A stretch of 64,000 bases of DNA from a bacterium. GTDB taxonomy: Bacteria; Patescibacteriota; Minisyncoccia; UBA6257; GWB1-50-10. Positions within the stretch are counted from its first letter, which is position 1; each line of letters opens with the position of its first letter. The DNA lies in the NCBI GenBank assembly GCA_021813265.1, contig JAKALF010000001.1:2548-66547 (forward strand). Direction: 5' to 3'. The position numbers and the translations under genes are program-made. Positions 18,534 to 28,494 of this stretch are shown piece after piece. The notes under the pieces are model-generated. The model did not search any database and had not been told where the DNA came from. It saw nothing but the letters and a program-made list of their open reading frames with translations.

Positions 18534-18899
18534 ATGAAACTTATCGGAAAATTCATTATCCATGTAATCGCGAACATGATTGCGCTTCTTGCCGCGAATT
18601 ATTTCGTTTCGGGATTTTCTTTTTCGGGAGATTTCTATTCTCTCGTGGTCGTAAGCGCGTTATTTGCTCTGATACAGATGGTGATAAAGCCGATTTTGAG
18701 ACTTTTCTCGGGACCCTTAATCGTCTTAACCTTTGGACTCTTCTCAATCGTCGTAAACGCCATCTTGCTCTATATCCTTGACATATTAAGTTCTGACCTT
18801 ACAATCCAAGGATATGTTCCGCTTCTTCTGGGGACGCTTATCGTAAGCATAGCGCATATGGTTATAAGCGGAGCGGGAAGGAAGGTATATAAAGAATAA
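18534..18899 (+). CDS. DUF360 / phage-holin-4-like small membrane protein
   Basis: 121 aa, four TM helices with G-rich helix faces. Confidence 0.4.
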   Translation: MKLIGKFIIHVIANMIALLAANYFVSGFSFSGDFYSLVVVSALFALIQMVIKPILRLFSGPLIVLTFGLFSIVVNAILLYILDILSSDLTIQGYVPLLLGTLIVSIAHMVISGAGRKVYKE

Positions 18900-18901
18900 T
18901 C

Positions 18902-19114
18902 ATGCTTATTATCACAGAAATCATCGTGGCCATCGTTCTTATGATTCTCATTCTTCTTCAGGAACGATCGTCCGGCATGTCGGGTCTTTTTGGGGGAGGG
19001 GGAGCGGACGCCTCGTATCAGACTCGAAGAGGCTTAGAAAAGATAATCTTCTGGTCAACAATCGCGCTCGCGGTTGTCTTCGCCGCCCTTGCCATCTTAA
19101 AACTCATCGTCTAA
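18902..19114 (+). CDS. secG: preprotein translocase subunit SecG
   Basis: 70 aa, two TM helices with the Gly-rich loop LQERSSGMSGLFGGGG. Confidence 0.7.
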   Translation: MLIITEIIVAIVLMILILLQERSSGMSGLFGGGGADASYQTRRGLEKIIFWSTIALAVVFAALAILKLIV

Positions 19115-19121
19115 CCATTCC

Positions 19122-20723
19122 ATGTCTATCGCCTCGCTTTTGAAAAACGCTATGTCGTCTAAAGAACGCGTAGCTTTTGGAATCGCCTCTACCGCCCTTA
19201 TCGTCTCGGCTATCGCGACGGGAGTATTTTCCGTAAAAGAAAACAGCTCCTATGTCCCCGTTCGGGGAGGATCCTTCAGTGAAGGGATAATAGGACAGCC
19301 TGTTATGGTAAACCCCATACTTTCCAAGAATCAGGCTGATAGGGATATCAGTTCGCTTGTGTATAGCCCTCTTTCAAAACTCGTCTCAAGCTCCGAGACG
19401 GATCCCGATCAAAGGGTATATACTGTAAAGCTCAAAGAAGGACTCCTTTGGGATGACGGAAAGCCCCTCACGAGCGACGATGTTATCTTTACCATAAAAA
19501 CGATTCAAAATCCCGACGCGCGTTCTCCCTTTGAAAAAAACTGGAGAGGGATATCGGTTGAACGATCCAGCGAACTCCAAGTGGTCTTCACTCTTCCGGT
19601 TCCCTATTCTTTTTTCTCCGAGATTCTTTATAAAACTCCCATTATTCCAAGGCATATCTTCTCGGCTATTCCCGTGGAAAACTACAGACTCTCTTTGTAC
19701 AGCTTGAAACCCGTGGGAAGCGGACCGTATAAGGTAAAGAAAATTGATCAGCGAAGAGATGGATTCATAACCGAATATCAGTTGGTTCCCAATCCAAACT
19801 ACGCGGGAGATCCTCCCTTTATCACCAATTTCTATTTCAAATTCTATGAAACGGAAAACGATCTTTTCAAAGACTTAAGACTCCGAGAAATAAACGGATT
19901 CGGAAGTCTCTCTCCTTTGGATAAGCGTTTTGAAAACGTCGGGAACGTCAAACTTGAGAAAATCCCCATGTCTCGATACTACGCGATATTCTTTAATCCC
20001 ATAAACAACCCTTCTCTCAAGAACAAAAGCGTGCGGAAGGCGCTTGATCTCGCGATTGATAAAAACGAGTTGGTAAAAATCCTGGGAGATGGAAACGCGT
20101 TTCCCATAAACAGTCCGCTTGTTCCTCTCTTAAAAGAAAAAAACACCTTTGAAAACAAATACAACCAAGAAACGGCGAGAAACCTTCTTGAAAAGGCTAA
20201 AGTGACAAACCTTTCCATCAATCTCATTGTTCCCAACACGGATACGTTCAAAGCGATAGGAGAATTCATTAAAAACGCGTGGACGGGAATCGGAATAACG
20301 GGTGTGACTATAACCCCCGTTGACCCCGACGCCATCTTTGATAACGCGATCAAAACAAGAACCTATGAAGCGATTCTTTTTGGAAACGCGCTTGAAAATC
20401 CCCTTGATTTCTTCCCCTTCTGGCATTCATCTCAGCGGCTTTCTCCCGGACTCAACCTCTCCTTCTATCAAAACATTGATGTTGATAAGCTCATAGAAAA
20501 AATACAGGAGACACGGGATGAAACGGAACGCGAAAATCTCGCAAACCAAGCCGCTTCTCTCATTGAAAACGACGTTCCCGCCGTATTCCTTTACACTGAA
20601 CCCTATTTCTACCTGCGCTCGGAAAAACTTCAAGGAATGAACACGAACTTGATTACCGCCCCAAGCGACAGATTTTTGAACGTTCAGAATTGGAGCGTCA
20701 TCATGGCGAGGGTTTTGAAATAA
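19122..20723 (+). CDS. ABC transporter substrate-binding protein, family 5 (peptide/nickel type), orphan
   Basis: 533 aa with an N-terminal anchor and SBP_bac_5-like architecture. No permease or ATPase genes are adjacent. Confidence 0.55.
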   Translation: MSIASLLKNAMSSKERVAFGIASTALIVSAIATGVFSVKENSSYVPVRGGSFSEGIIGQPVMVNPILSKNQADRDISSLVYSPLSKLVSSSETDPDQRVYTVKLKEGLLWDDGKPLTSDDVIFTIKTIQNPDARSPFEKNWRGISVERSSELQVVFTLPVPYSFFSEILYKTPIIPRHIFSAIPVENYRLSLYSLKPVGSGPYKVKKIDQRRDGFITEYQLVPNPNYAGDPPFITNFYFKFYETENDLFKDLRLREINGFGSLSPLDKRFENVGNVKLEKIPMSRYYAIFFNPINNPSLKNKSVRKALDLAIDKNELVKILGDGNAFPINSPLVPLLKEKNTFENKYNQETARNLLEKAKVTNLSINLIVPNTDTFKAIGEFIKNAWTGIGITGVTITPVDPDAIFDNAIKTRTYEAILFGNALENPLDFFPFWHSSQRLSPGLNLSFYQNIDVDKLIEKIQETRDETERENLANQAASLIENDVPAVFLYTEPYFYLRSEKLQGMNTNLITAPSDRFLNVQNWSVIMARVLK

Positions 20724-20726
20724 AAA

Positions 20727-20751
20727 ACAAGTCGTGAATTTCACGACTTGT
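20727..20751. terminator. palindromic terminator (acaagtcgtga..tcacgacttgt)
   Basis: 11-bp perfect stem. The T-run is on the minus-strand side, serving the 20759-21976 gene. Confidence 0.55.
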
Positions 20752-20758
20752 AACAGTA

Positions 20759-21976
20759 TTAATTAGTCCCTAAAAAGGATGAAAAAGTCTTATTTTTCTC
20801 TAAATATTTCATGACTTTTTCTTCTTTAGGAAATTCCCCATATGAGGATAAGATAAAGACAATGTCTTTATCTTGATTTTCAATATACACAATGGGATCG
20901 TTTTTTATAACACCGGAAATTGCGTTAACAATTTCCTCTTTGTTTAAAACAATCGCCCCCAAACATGCCGCTATTTTTATAGAAAGATTATTTTGCCTTG
21001 CAAGACGAAGAACGTTTATAAAATGTTCGGTAGGTCTTGGCGCGAATCTAATCTTCACCCTCTCTTCTTCTCTTTCTGAAAGACTATCAACCATTTCAGA
21101 GAACGCGAACTTCACTACGGCATTTTTTGGTAAAAATCTTACCAAAACTTTCACTAAAACTGGAAAATTAATTTCGGACAAAAGAAGACATAACACGCTA
21201 AAGAACGAAAACATTATGATCATTATGTAATTTTCCATAGTTTTCAGAATAGTTGGGGCTAAAGAAATAAGAGAGGTGAGAATAATCCATGATAAAGATA
21301 AAGAAGAAGTAAAAAAAATACTAATTTTCTCCTTAAATCCTTCCTTTATTGCCTTTCTTCCTAAACCTGAAAATAAAAGATAAAGAGAAAGGAAAAAAAA
21401 TGGACCGCAGAAAAAGAGTATGCCAACGGCGGCAGAACCCCAAATTCCCATGTTAAACAAAGAATAAGCGAGTCCTGTTGAGATAAAAGAAAAAAGCGCG
21501 AGAAAAAAATATAAGAGAAAATTCAAAGGCGGGGTTGTACCAGTTTTTCCGTAGCAATCGATGTTTTCAAATCGATATAATCCTGCCTTTTTACAAATCC
21601 CCTTCCAAAGATGTTTAGGAAGGGTTGCTATAGGATTCAGTCCCATGTTTGAAAGATAAGTTTCAAATTTGGCTTTTTGAGAAAGAAAGGCGTCTACCTT
21701 TTCTTTTTTCTTTTCCTCTGCGGCGATTTGTTCTTTTTTTTGAATCGCTTTCCGCAACGCTTCCGGATCAGAAACAAAAACCTCCTTGGTTGAAATTTCC
21801 ATCTCAAAACCATAGAAGTTTTCTTGTTTTTTTTCTTGAGTCTTAATTTTTTTCTTCTCAAGATCTTCTACTTCGGAGCGAAAAGAAGATATTGTATTTT
21901 CGCTCTCTATAACTTCATTAGCCGCTTTTTCAAGCACTAACAAGTTAACACTACTTAAAAAATCTTCCGATTTCAT
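20759..21976 (-). CDS. hypothetical membrane protein (405 aa)
   Basis: K/E-rich cytoplasmic N-terminus, then six or more TM helices. Confidence 0.4.
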   Translation of the reverse strand: MKSEDFLSSVNLLVLEKAANEVIESENTISSFRSEVEDLEKKKIKTQEKKQENFYGFEMEISTKEVFVSDPEALRKAIQKKEQIAAEEKKKEKVDAFLSQKAKFETYLSNMGLNPIATLPKHLWKGICKKAGLYRFENIDCYGKTGTTPPLNFLLYFFLALFSFISTGLAYSLFNMGIWGSAAVGILFFCGPFFFLSLYLLFSGLGRKAIKEGFKEKISIFFTSSLSLSWIILTSLISLAPTILKTMENYIMIIMFSFFSVLCLLLSEINFPVLVKVLVRFLPKNAVVKFAFSEMVDSLSEREEERVKIRFAPRPTEHFINVLRLARQNNLSIKIAACLGAIVLNKEEIVNAISGVIKNDPIVYIENQDKDIVFILSSYGEFPKEEKVMKYLEKNKTFSSFLGTN

Positions 21977-22199
21977 GTTTTACCTCTTAATTTGTGAGAA
22001 AAATTGATTTAAAAATGCTGTGTAAACTATAAACCGAAAAGTTGAAAAAGTCAAATGTTTTCTGGATGGGATAGTAAGCAGCTTCCTGTGTGATTCTACA
22101 GCTACCTATACAAGGTGACACTTTAGAAGAGTAACCGTACAACCTTTGTCACCTCAATCCGCCGAGAATGTAACCCCATATGGGTAACTGTACGTAGAT

Positions 22200-22227
22200 T
22201 TGACATTTTAAAGAATTAGGTTACAAT
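22200..22227 (+). promoter_or_regulatory. sigma70-like promoter TTGACA-16-TACAAT upstream of tRNA-Leu
   Basis: Consensus -35, good -10, about 85 nt upstream of the tRNA. Confidence 0.4.
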
Positions 22228-22312
22228 GGTTTTAAAGTTGTCCCTCCTAAAAAGACATTTACCAAAAACAGATGTGAGTCGTTTTTAGATATCCATATAA
22301 TTCATATCTGTC

Positions 22313-22399
22313 GCTGAGGTGGCGGAACTGGCAGACGCACCGGGTTCAGGGCTCGGCGGGAGCGATCCCTTGGGAGTTCAAATCTCCCCCTCAGCACCA
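22313..22399 (+). tRNA. tRNA-Leu (CAG), class II with long variable arm
   Basis: Acceptor GCTGAGG/CCTCAGC, anticodon loop TTCAGGG, long variable arm, T-loop TTCAAAT, encoded CCA. Confidence 0.8.
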
Positions 22400-22505
22400 T
22401 TGAAATAACGCTCAAAAAACGTTGCTTTCAATATAAATACATTTCTTTCGATTTAACTGCTAATCACGGTTTGTAACTGGAAATTAGCTTTTAAACGCTG
22501 GAAAT

Positions 22506-24278
22506 ATGACAAGTATGGTTTCAACAAAAACCACACGAGGAGCCTCTTCTCAAAGAAGAAGAGCTCCGTATAAACCTACGACATCAAAGGTCGCGCGCGA
22601 CTCTCAAGAAGACGTGCTTCGCTTTATCCCCCTTGGCGGATTTGAAGAAATCGGAAGAAATATGATGCTTTTCGAATACAAGGACGAGATCCTTGTTATT
22701 GACGCCGGACTTCAATTCCCCGAACGAGAAACTCCCGGAGTAGACTATATCATCCCGAACGTCTCGTATCTTGCGGAACGCAAGGAAAACATTAAAGGCA
22801 TCATCATAACCCATGGCCACTATGACCACATCGGGGCGATTCCCCACGTCTTGGAAAAACTTGGAAACCCCACCTTTTATACCACGCGTCTCACGAAAGA
22901 AATTATCATGAAACGCCAAGAAGACTACCCCAACTCTCCGAAACCCATATTTGAAGTGGTAAAAGCCGGAGATGACGCGACCATCGGAAAATATTTTGAA
23001 GTAAAATTCTTCGATGTCGTGCACAATATCCCCGACGGATTCGGCATGATCATCAAAACTCCGATCGGTAACGTTGTTCATCCGGGAGAATTCAAATTCG
23101 ACTATGATCGAGAAGGAAAACCCAAAGGTCTTGAGGTTTGGAAACAAGTCGGAGACCAGGGAATCCACACGCTTCTTTTGGACTCAACGGGAGCGGAAAC
23201 TCCGGGACACTCGCTCTCGGAACGCGTGGTCGAATCAGAGCTTGAAAAACTCTTCAAATCGGTGAAAGGAAGAATCCTCGTGGGAAGTTTTGCTTCCCTT
23301 CTTGATCGTTTGGGGGAGATTATAAAAATAGCGGAAAAACTGGGAAGGAAGGTAGCGATAAGCGGAAGATCCATGAAAACAAACATACAGATAGCCGAGA
23401 ATCTCGGGTATCTGAAGTTTGATAAAGGAACGATTGTCCCCTTGGAAGATATTAACAAATATCATGATGAAAACCTTCTCCTTCTTTGCACGGGAGCCCA
23501 AGGGGAAGCAAACGCAAGTTTCGCCCGAATCGCGAACGGGGAACATAAACAAATAAGACTAAAACCAACCGATACGGTTATTCTTTCATCCTCGGTCGTC
23601 CCGGGAAACGAAAAAAGCGTTCAAGACTTGAAAGATAATCTCGCGAGACAAGGAGCCACTATCTATCACTATAAAATGCTTGACATTCATTCCTCGGGAC
23701 ACGCTCCTCAGGAGGAATTAAAAACGGTCATGAAACTCATTCATCCAAAATTCTTCATTCCCATGCACGGATATTACTTCATGAGACAAAGAAACGCTCA
23801 TCTCGCTCAGGAAGTCTTGGGACTTAAACCCGAACACACGATCTTGGGCGATAACGGACTCGTGATTGAGTTAAGAAAAGACTCAGCGAAACTCACCGAC
23901 GAACAAGTCCCCGCTTACTACGTCATGGTTGACGGGTTGGGAGTCGGAGACGTGGGAGAAGTCGTTCTTCGAGATCGTATCACTCTCTCGCAAGAAGGCA
24001 TGATCGTGATCATCACGACCGTCTCCAAACAAGGAGGAAAGATTCTCAAGAATCCCGACATTATCTCTCGCGGATTCATCTATCTTAAGGAAAATCAGCC
24101 TCTTTTGGATGATGTGCGAAGAAAAATCAGATCCCTTGTCGGAAGAATACCCAGTAATTACAAACAATCCATTGACGCGGATTACGTGAAAACCATTATC
24201 CGCGATCAGATCGGACAGTTTTTGTATAACAAAACCAAGAGGAGACCCATGATTTTGCCCGTGATTATTGAGGTATAA
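22506..24278 (+). CDS. rnj: ribonuclease J
   Basis: MBL motif HGHYDHIG, then beta-CASP and a C-terminal domain, 590 aa. Confidence 0.8.
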   Translation: MTSMVSTKTTRGASSQRRRAPYKPTTSKVARDSQEDVLRFIPLGGFEEIGRNMMLFEYKDEILVIDAGLQFPERETPGVDYIIPNVSYLAERKENIKGIIITHGHYDHIGAIPHVLEKLGNPTFYTTRLTKEIIMKRQEDYPNSPKPIFEVVKAGDDATIGKYFEVKFFDVVHNIPDGFGMIIKTPIGNVVHPGEFKFDYDREGKPKGLEVWKQVGDQGIHTLLLDSTGAETPGHSLSERVVESELEKLFKSVKGRILVGSFASLLDRLGEIIKIAEKLGRKVAISGRSMKTNIQIAENLGYLKFDKGTIVPLEDINKYHDENLLLLCTGAQGEANASFARIANGEHKQIRLKPTDTVILSSSVVPGNEKSVQDLKDNLARQGATIYHYKMLDIHSSGHAPQEELKTVMKLIHPKFFIPMHGYYFMRQRNAHLAQEVLGLKPEHTILGDNGLVIELRKDSAKLTDEQVPAYYVMVDGLGVGDVGEVVLRDRITLSQEGMIVIITTVSKQGGKILKNPDIISRGFIYLKENQPLLDDVRRKIRSLVGRIPSNYKQSIDADYVKTIIRDQIGQFLYNKTKRRPMILPVIIEV

Positions 24279-24286
24279 CGAAGAAA

Positions 24287-24319
24287 ATCAGCACATACTA
24301 CATGTGCTGATTTTTTTAT
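24287..24319 (+). terminator. intrinsic terminator (atcagcacat...atgtgctgat + T8)
   Basis: 10-bp stem followed by a T-run after rnj. Confidence 0.65.
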
Positions 24320-24320
24320 T

Positions 24321-25574
24321 TTGTTTTACAATAATCATGTTATGTCTCGAAGAAAAAAACCTGATTTGATATTCCCTAAAGGGTTTCTATGGGGAGCCTC
24401 AACGAGTTCTCATCAGGTTGAGGGAAATACGCGTAACGAATGGAGCGAGTGGGAACTTTCAGAGTCCCGCGTGAGAGATCTCGAGCGTAGAGGACTCATA
24501 CGGCAATACGGTCTTGAAACCTACGTGTCGGGAAAAGCGTGCGATCACTATAATCGCTTTGAAAAAGATTTTAACCTCGCGAAAAAACTGGGTCACAACG
24601 CTCATCGGTTTTCCTTAGAATGGTCGCGTGTTGAACCGGAAAAAGGCGTCTTTGATGAAAGAGAAATCAAGCATTATAAACAAGTCGTAAAAACATTAAA
24701 AGACTTGGGAATAGAACCGTTCGTAACTCTTTGGCATTGGACCCTTCCCTTATGGCTTGTCCGTGAAGGCGGCTGGGAATCAAAACACGCGCCTCACTAT
24801 TTCACTCGTTTCGTGGAGCGAATGGTTTCGGCTCTCGGAAAAGACGTGGCGTTTTGGATAACGATAAACGAACCTGAAATATACGCTTCTTTCTCCTACC
24901 TAAAAGGCGAGTGGCCCCCCGAGAAAACAAACCCCCTGACTTTTTTGAAGGTTATTAAAAATCTCATAGCGGGACATAAAAAGGCGTATGAGGTGATAAA
25001 ACGGTATTCCAAAGAAGCTTCGGTTGGTATAGCAAAAAATAACACATATTTTGAGGCCTCTCACGGATGGGCAAACAAAATCGTAAAACAAATCTCCGAT
25101 AGATTTTGGAATTTCTGGTTTTTAAACGCCATACAAAAGCATCAGGATTTTATAGGCTTAAATTATTATTTCCACAGCGTCATACGGAACGGGTTTAATA
25201 AAAACAAGAACAAGCTCGTATCTGATCTTGGATGGGAATTGTATCCCGAAGGAATCTATCATTGCCTCAAAGACCTGGGGAAATATGAGAGGCCTATCTA
25301 TATAACCGAAAACGGCCTTGCTGACGCGCGCGATAAACATCGCTCATGGTTTATAAAAAAAACATTATTCTATATCCACAAAGCGATCCAAGAAGGAAGT
25401 GATGTCCGTGGATACCTCCACTGGTCACTTATGGACAACTTTGAGTGGGCTCATGGTTTTCTCCCGCGTTTTGGGCTTATAGAAATAGATTATAAAAAAC
25501 AAAAACGCGTTCCGCGTCCTTCGGCAATGTTATACCAAGAAATCATTAAACAAAACGGGATCATTACATCATGA
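24321..25574 (+). CDS. glycoside hydrolase family 1 (beta-glucosidase-like)
   Basis: NEP acid/base region, ITENG nucleophile motif and C-terminal HWSLMDNFEWAHGF. Confidence 0.75.
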   Translation: MFYNNHVMSRRKKPDLIFPKGFLWGASTSSHQVEGNTRNEWSEWELSESRVRDLERRGLIRQYGLETYVSGKACDHYNRFEKDFNLAKKLGHNAHRFSLEWSRVEPEKGVFDEREIKHYKQVVKTLKDLGIEPFVTLWHWTLPLWLVREGGWESKHAPHYFTRFVERMVSALGKDVAFWITINEPEIYASFSYLKGEWPPEKTNPLTFLKVIKNLIAGHKKAYEVIKRYSKEASVGIAKNNTYFEASHGWANKIVKQISDRFWNFWFLNAIQKHQDFIGLNYYFHSVIRNGFNKNKNKLVSDLGWELYPEGIYHCLKDLGKYERPIYITENGLADARDKHRSWFIKKTLFYIHKAIQEGSDVRGYLHWSLMDNFEWAHGFLPRFGLIEIDYKKQKRVPRPSAMLYQEIIKQNGIITS

Positions 25575-27409
25575 GCTATGTCCTTATATCCCTTTTAGCG
25601 TATGTTCTAAATGGCGTAGCGGTATTAACCGACAAGTTTTTACTTACCAAAAAAATCCCTCATCCGATTTCATATGTTTTTTACATAAGCGCGATAAGTC
25701 TCGTAGTATTATTCGCGCTTCCCTTCGCGCCCGTCCCAGGCGCTTCGGTGATGATACTCATTTCAATATCAACGCTTCTCTGGACTGCGGGAGCGTATTT
25801 TCTTTTCTCCGCCTTAAAGACCGGTCTTGCGTCACGAGTCGCTCCGATTATAGGCACCCTTACGCCAATCTTTCTCATCGTCTACTACTCGTTCCTTGAA
25901 ACATCAATCTCCCTCAATCAAACGTGGGGAGCTATCATCGCGACCCTCGGTATGACTATTCTCATCCTCCATGACATAAGACATGGGGGAAGAAGAGAAA
26001 AAACGGAAGAGAGAAAAGAACTGATACTCGAGATAGCCTCGGCTCTTCTTTTTGCCGCGTCATATGTCATCCTGAAAGAAGCTTATGAAACCATATCATT
26101 CTTGAGCGCCCTCGTCTGGTCCCGTTTTATCCTCATTCCCATAGGAATAACGATTCTCGTCATCCCCTCCCTTAAAAAACATATTTTCGCGTCAAAGGAA
26201 GACGCCATAAAACCATTTTCAAAAACAGGACTCATCTTCTTCTTTGGACAATTAAGCGGGGGGTTGTCTCAGATTCTCATTCTTTTCTCGATCTCGCTCG
26301 CGAACCCCGCGCTCGTAAACTCGCTTCAAGGAACGCAATACGCCTTTCTTTTTCTTGTAAGTCTTTGTCTTAAAAAGAAATTCCCAAAAAGCTTCAATGA
26401 AAATTATTCCTGGAAAATTATCACTCAAAAAGTATTAGGAATTCTTCTCATAGCAATGGGATTGTACGCTATGACCTTCACGGAAAGCAAGGTAAAAAAA
26501 GTAGAACTCGGAATAACGTTTTCTCCCCGCTACGCGGAGGAATTACACATGAATCCCAGATCTCTTTTCGAACGCGTCATACAAGATCTTCACCCTCAAA
26601 AGATCCGTATCCCCGTATACTGGGATGAGATACAACCTAACGCGACAAGCTCTCCTAATTTTTCCCATCTTGACTTCTATGTCCGCCGAGCGGAAGAAAA
26701 GGGCGTTAAACTCATCCTCGCTCTAGGCTATAAAGTGCCGCGATATCCCGAATGCTTCATTCCCCCGTGGGCGGAGCGTCTCAAAGAGAAAGATTTTAAC
26801 GCGGCTCTCCTTCGGGAAATCGGGATGGTTGTTGAGCGATACAAACACTCCCCCGCGATCAAGGCATGGCAAGTGGAAAACGAGCCTTTCTTTCCTTTCG
26901 GACAATGTTCTCCGTCAATAAGCGGAGATCGGTTGAAATTAGAAATAAATGAAGCGCGTAAACGGGACCCTCTCCATCCCGTCATGATTACGGAATCGGG
27001 AGAGTTTGGTTTTTGGCCCATAACCCCTCAAAACGTGGACATATTGGGAATATCGTTATATCGCAGGCAACTAAGCCCTTACATACCTTGGTTTAAGTCC
27101 CCTCTTCCGCCTCTTTTTTATGAAATAAAGGCTAAGATGTTTAAATTCCTTCATGGGAGAAATAAAAATGTTATCGTGTCGGAGCTTCAAATGGAACCTT
27201 GGGCGAACGACCCTCTCACGGAAACCTCGATTCCCTATCAAATACGCGTCATGCCTCTAAAAGACATGGGAAACAATATCCAATTCAGCAAAGACGCGGG
27301 CTTTCGCGAGGTATACTCTTGGGGCGTTGAATGGTGGTATTATATGGAAAAACAAGGGCATCCGGAGTACCTAAACACGGCTATCCAACTGTTTCAACAT
27401 GAAAAATAG
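25571..27409 (+). CDS. fusion protein: N-terminal EamA/DMT-like 10-TM domain + C-terminal GH-A clan glycoside hydrolase domain
   Basis: First ~300 aa are hydrophobic and EamA-like. The C-terminal ~310 aa contain WQVENEPFF and ITESGEFGFW TIM-barrel hydrolase motifs. The start overlaps the GH1 stop (ATGA). Confidence 0.5.
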   Translation: MSYVLISLLAYVLNGVAVLTDKFLLTKKIPHPISYVFYISAISLVVLFALPFAPVPGASVMILISISTLLWTAGAYFLFSALKTGLASRVAPIIGTLTPIFLIVYYSFLETSISLNQTWGAIIATLGMTILILHDIRHGGRREKTEERKELILEIASALLFAASYVILKEAYETISFLSALVWSRFILIPIGITILVIPSLKKHIFASKEDAIKPFSKTGLIFFFGQLSGGLSQILILFSISLANPALVNSLQGTQYAFLFLVSLCLKKKFPKSFNENYSWKIITQKVLGILLIAMGLYAMTFTESKVKKVELGITFSPRYAEELHMNPRSLFERVIQDLHPQKIRIPVYWDEIQPNATSSPNFSHLDFYVRRAEEKGVKLILALGYKVPRYPECFIPPWAERLKEKDFNAALLREIGMVVERYKHSPAIKAWQVENEPFFPFGQCSPSISGDRLKLEINEARKRDPLHPVMITESGEFGFWPITPQNVDILGISLYRRQLSPYIPWFKSPLPPLFYEIKAKMFKFLHGRNKNVIVSELQMEPWANDPLTETSIPYQIRVMPLKDMGNNIQFSKDAGFREVYSWGVEWWYYMEKQGHPEYLNTAIQLFQHEK

Positions 27410-27447
27410 GGCTTCAAGATTTCTCTAACATCATATATACTATTTTC

Positions 27448-28494
27448 ATGAAACCTACGACCATCTCGGGAGTACAACCATCAGGAAGGCTTCATTTGGG
27501 AAATTACCTGGGCGCCCTCAAAAATTTTGTGGAACTCCAAAACGCGGGAGAATATAACCCCTTTTTCTTTATCGCGGATCTTCATTCCCTTACCGAGTTT
27601 CCCAAAACAGCGGATGAAAAACAAAAACAAATTTTCGATCTCGCGGCGGATTTTCTCGCGGCGGGACTCGATCCTAAACAATCAACCCTTTTTATCCAAT
27701 CAGCCGTACCGGCTCATGCGGAAACATATTGGATCTTGGGATCTTTAACGCCCTTGGGAGAACTCGGACGAATGACCCAGTTTAAAGACAAGGGAAAAAT
27801 AGAGACGCAAAAAAAAGAAAAGAAAGAAGATGGGTTTATAAAAGCCGTTGAGGCGCGAGAAGGACGAGAAAGCGTAAACGCCGGGCTTCTTACATACCCC
27901 ATCCTCATGGCCTCGGACATTCTCCTCTATGACGCGGAGACTGTTCCCGTCGGAGAAGATCAGCTTCAACATCTTGAATTCACGAGAACGCTCGCGAGAA
28001 AGTTTAATAACACGTTTGGAAAAACCTTCGTGGAACCCAAACCGATCTTAACCTCCACTCCCCGCCTTATGAGCCTTGATGATCCGACAAAAAAGATGTC
28101 GAAATCAAGTCCTTCGGGATGCGTGTTCCTTGATGATACTCCGGAAACTATCACGGAAAAGATAAAGCGAGCCGTTACCGATTCGGGGAAAACAATCGAA
28201 TATGATCCTCTAAACCGACCCGGAATATCCAATCTCCTTCTTATTCTTTCCGCTTTCTCCGGAATGTCTCCTAAAAAACTTGAAAAAGATTTTTCCGGAA
28301 CCGGATATGGGGAATTTAAAACGATGGTAGCTGAAAAAATTATCGCTTCTCTTGAACCGTTCAGAAAGAAAAAACTCTTCTTTAAAAGAAACCCGTCTCT
28401 CGTCAAAAAAGCGTTTGAAAAGGGAAATAAAACGGCGGAGAAACAGTCGGGGAAAAAGCTCATGGAAATAAAGAAAAAGGTTGGACTTCTCTAA
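27448..28494 (+). CDS. trpS: tryptophan--tRNA ligase
   Basis: HLGNYLGA (HIGH) and KMSKS motifs, with a K/E-rich insertion. Confidence 0.85.
   Translation: MKPTTISGVQPSGRLHLGNYLGALKNFVELQNAGEYNPFFFIADLHSLTEFPKTADEKQKQIFDLAADFLAAGLDPKQSTLFIQSAVPAHAETYWILGSLTPLGELGRMTQFKDKGKIETQKKEKKEDGFIKAVEAREGRESVNAGLLTYPILMASDILLYDAETVPVGEDQLQHLEFTRTLARKFNNTFGKTFVEPKPILTSTPRLMSLDDPTKKMSKSSPSGCVFLDDTPETITEKIKRAVTDSGKTIEYDPLNRPGISNLLLILSAFSGMSPKKLEKDFSGTGYGEFKTMVAEKIIASLEPFRKKKLFFKRNPSLVKKAFEKGNKTAEKQSGKKLMEIKKKVGLL

Noticed and set aside
315-28463. Numerous 60-120-aa ORFs antisense to or embedded in larger genes (for example 315-665, 2453-2662, 22584-23168, 23102-23552, 27966-28463)
   Set aside because: They lie wholly within well-supported genes on the opposite strand or in another frame, lack RBSs and have skewed amino-acid composition.
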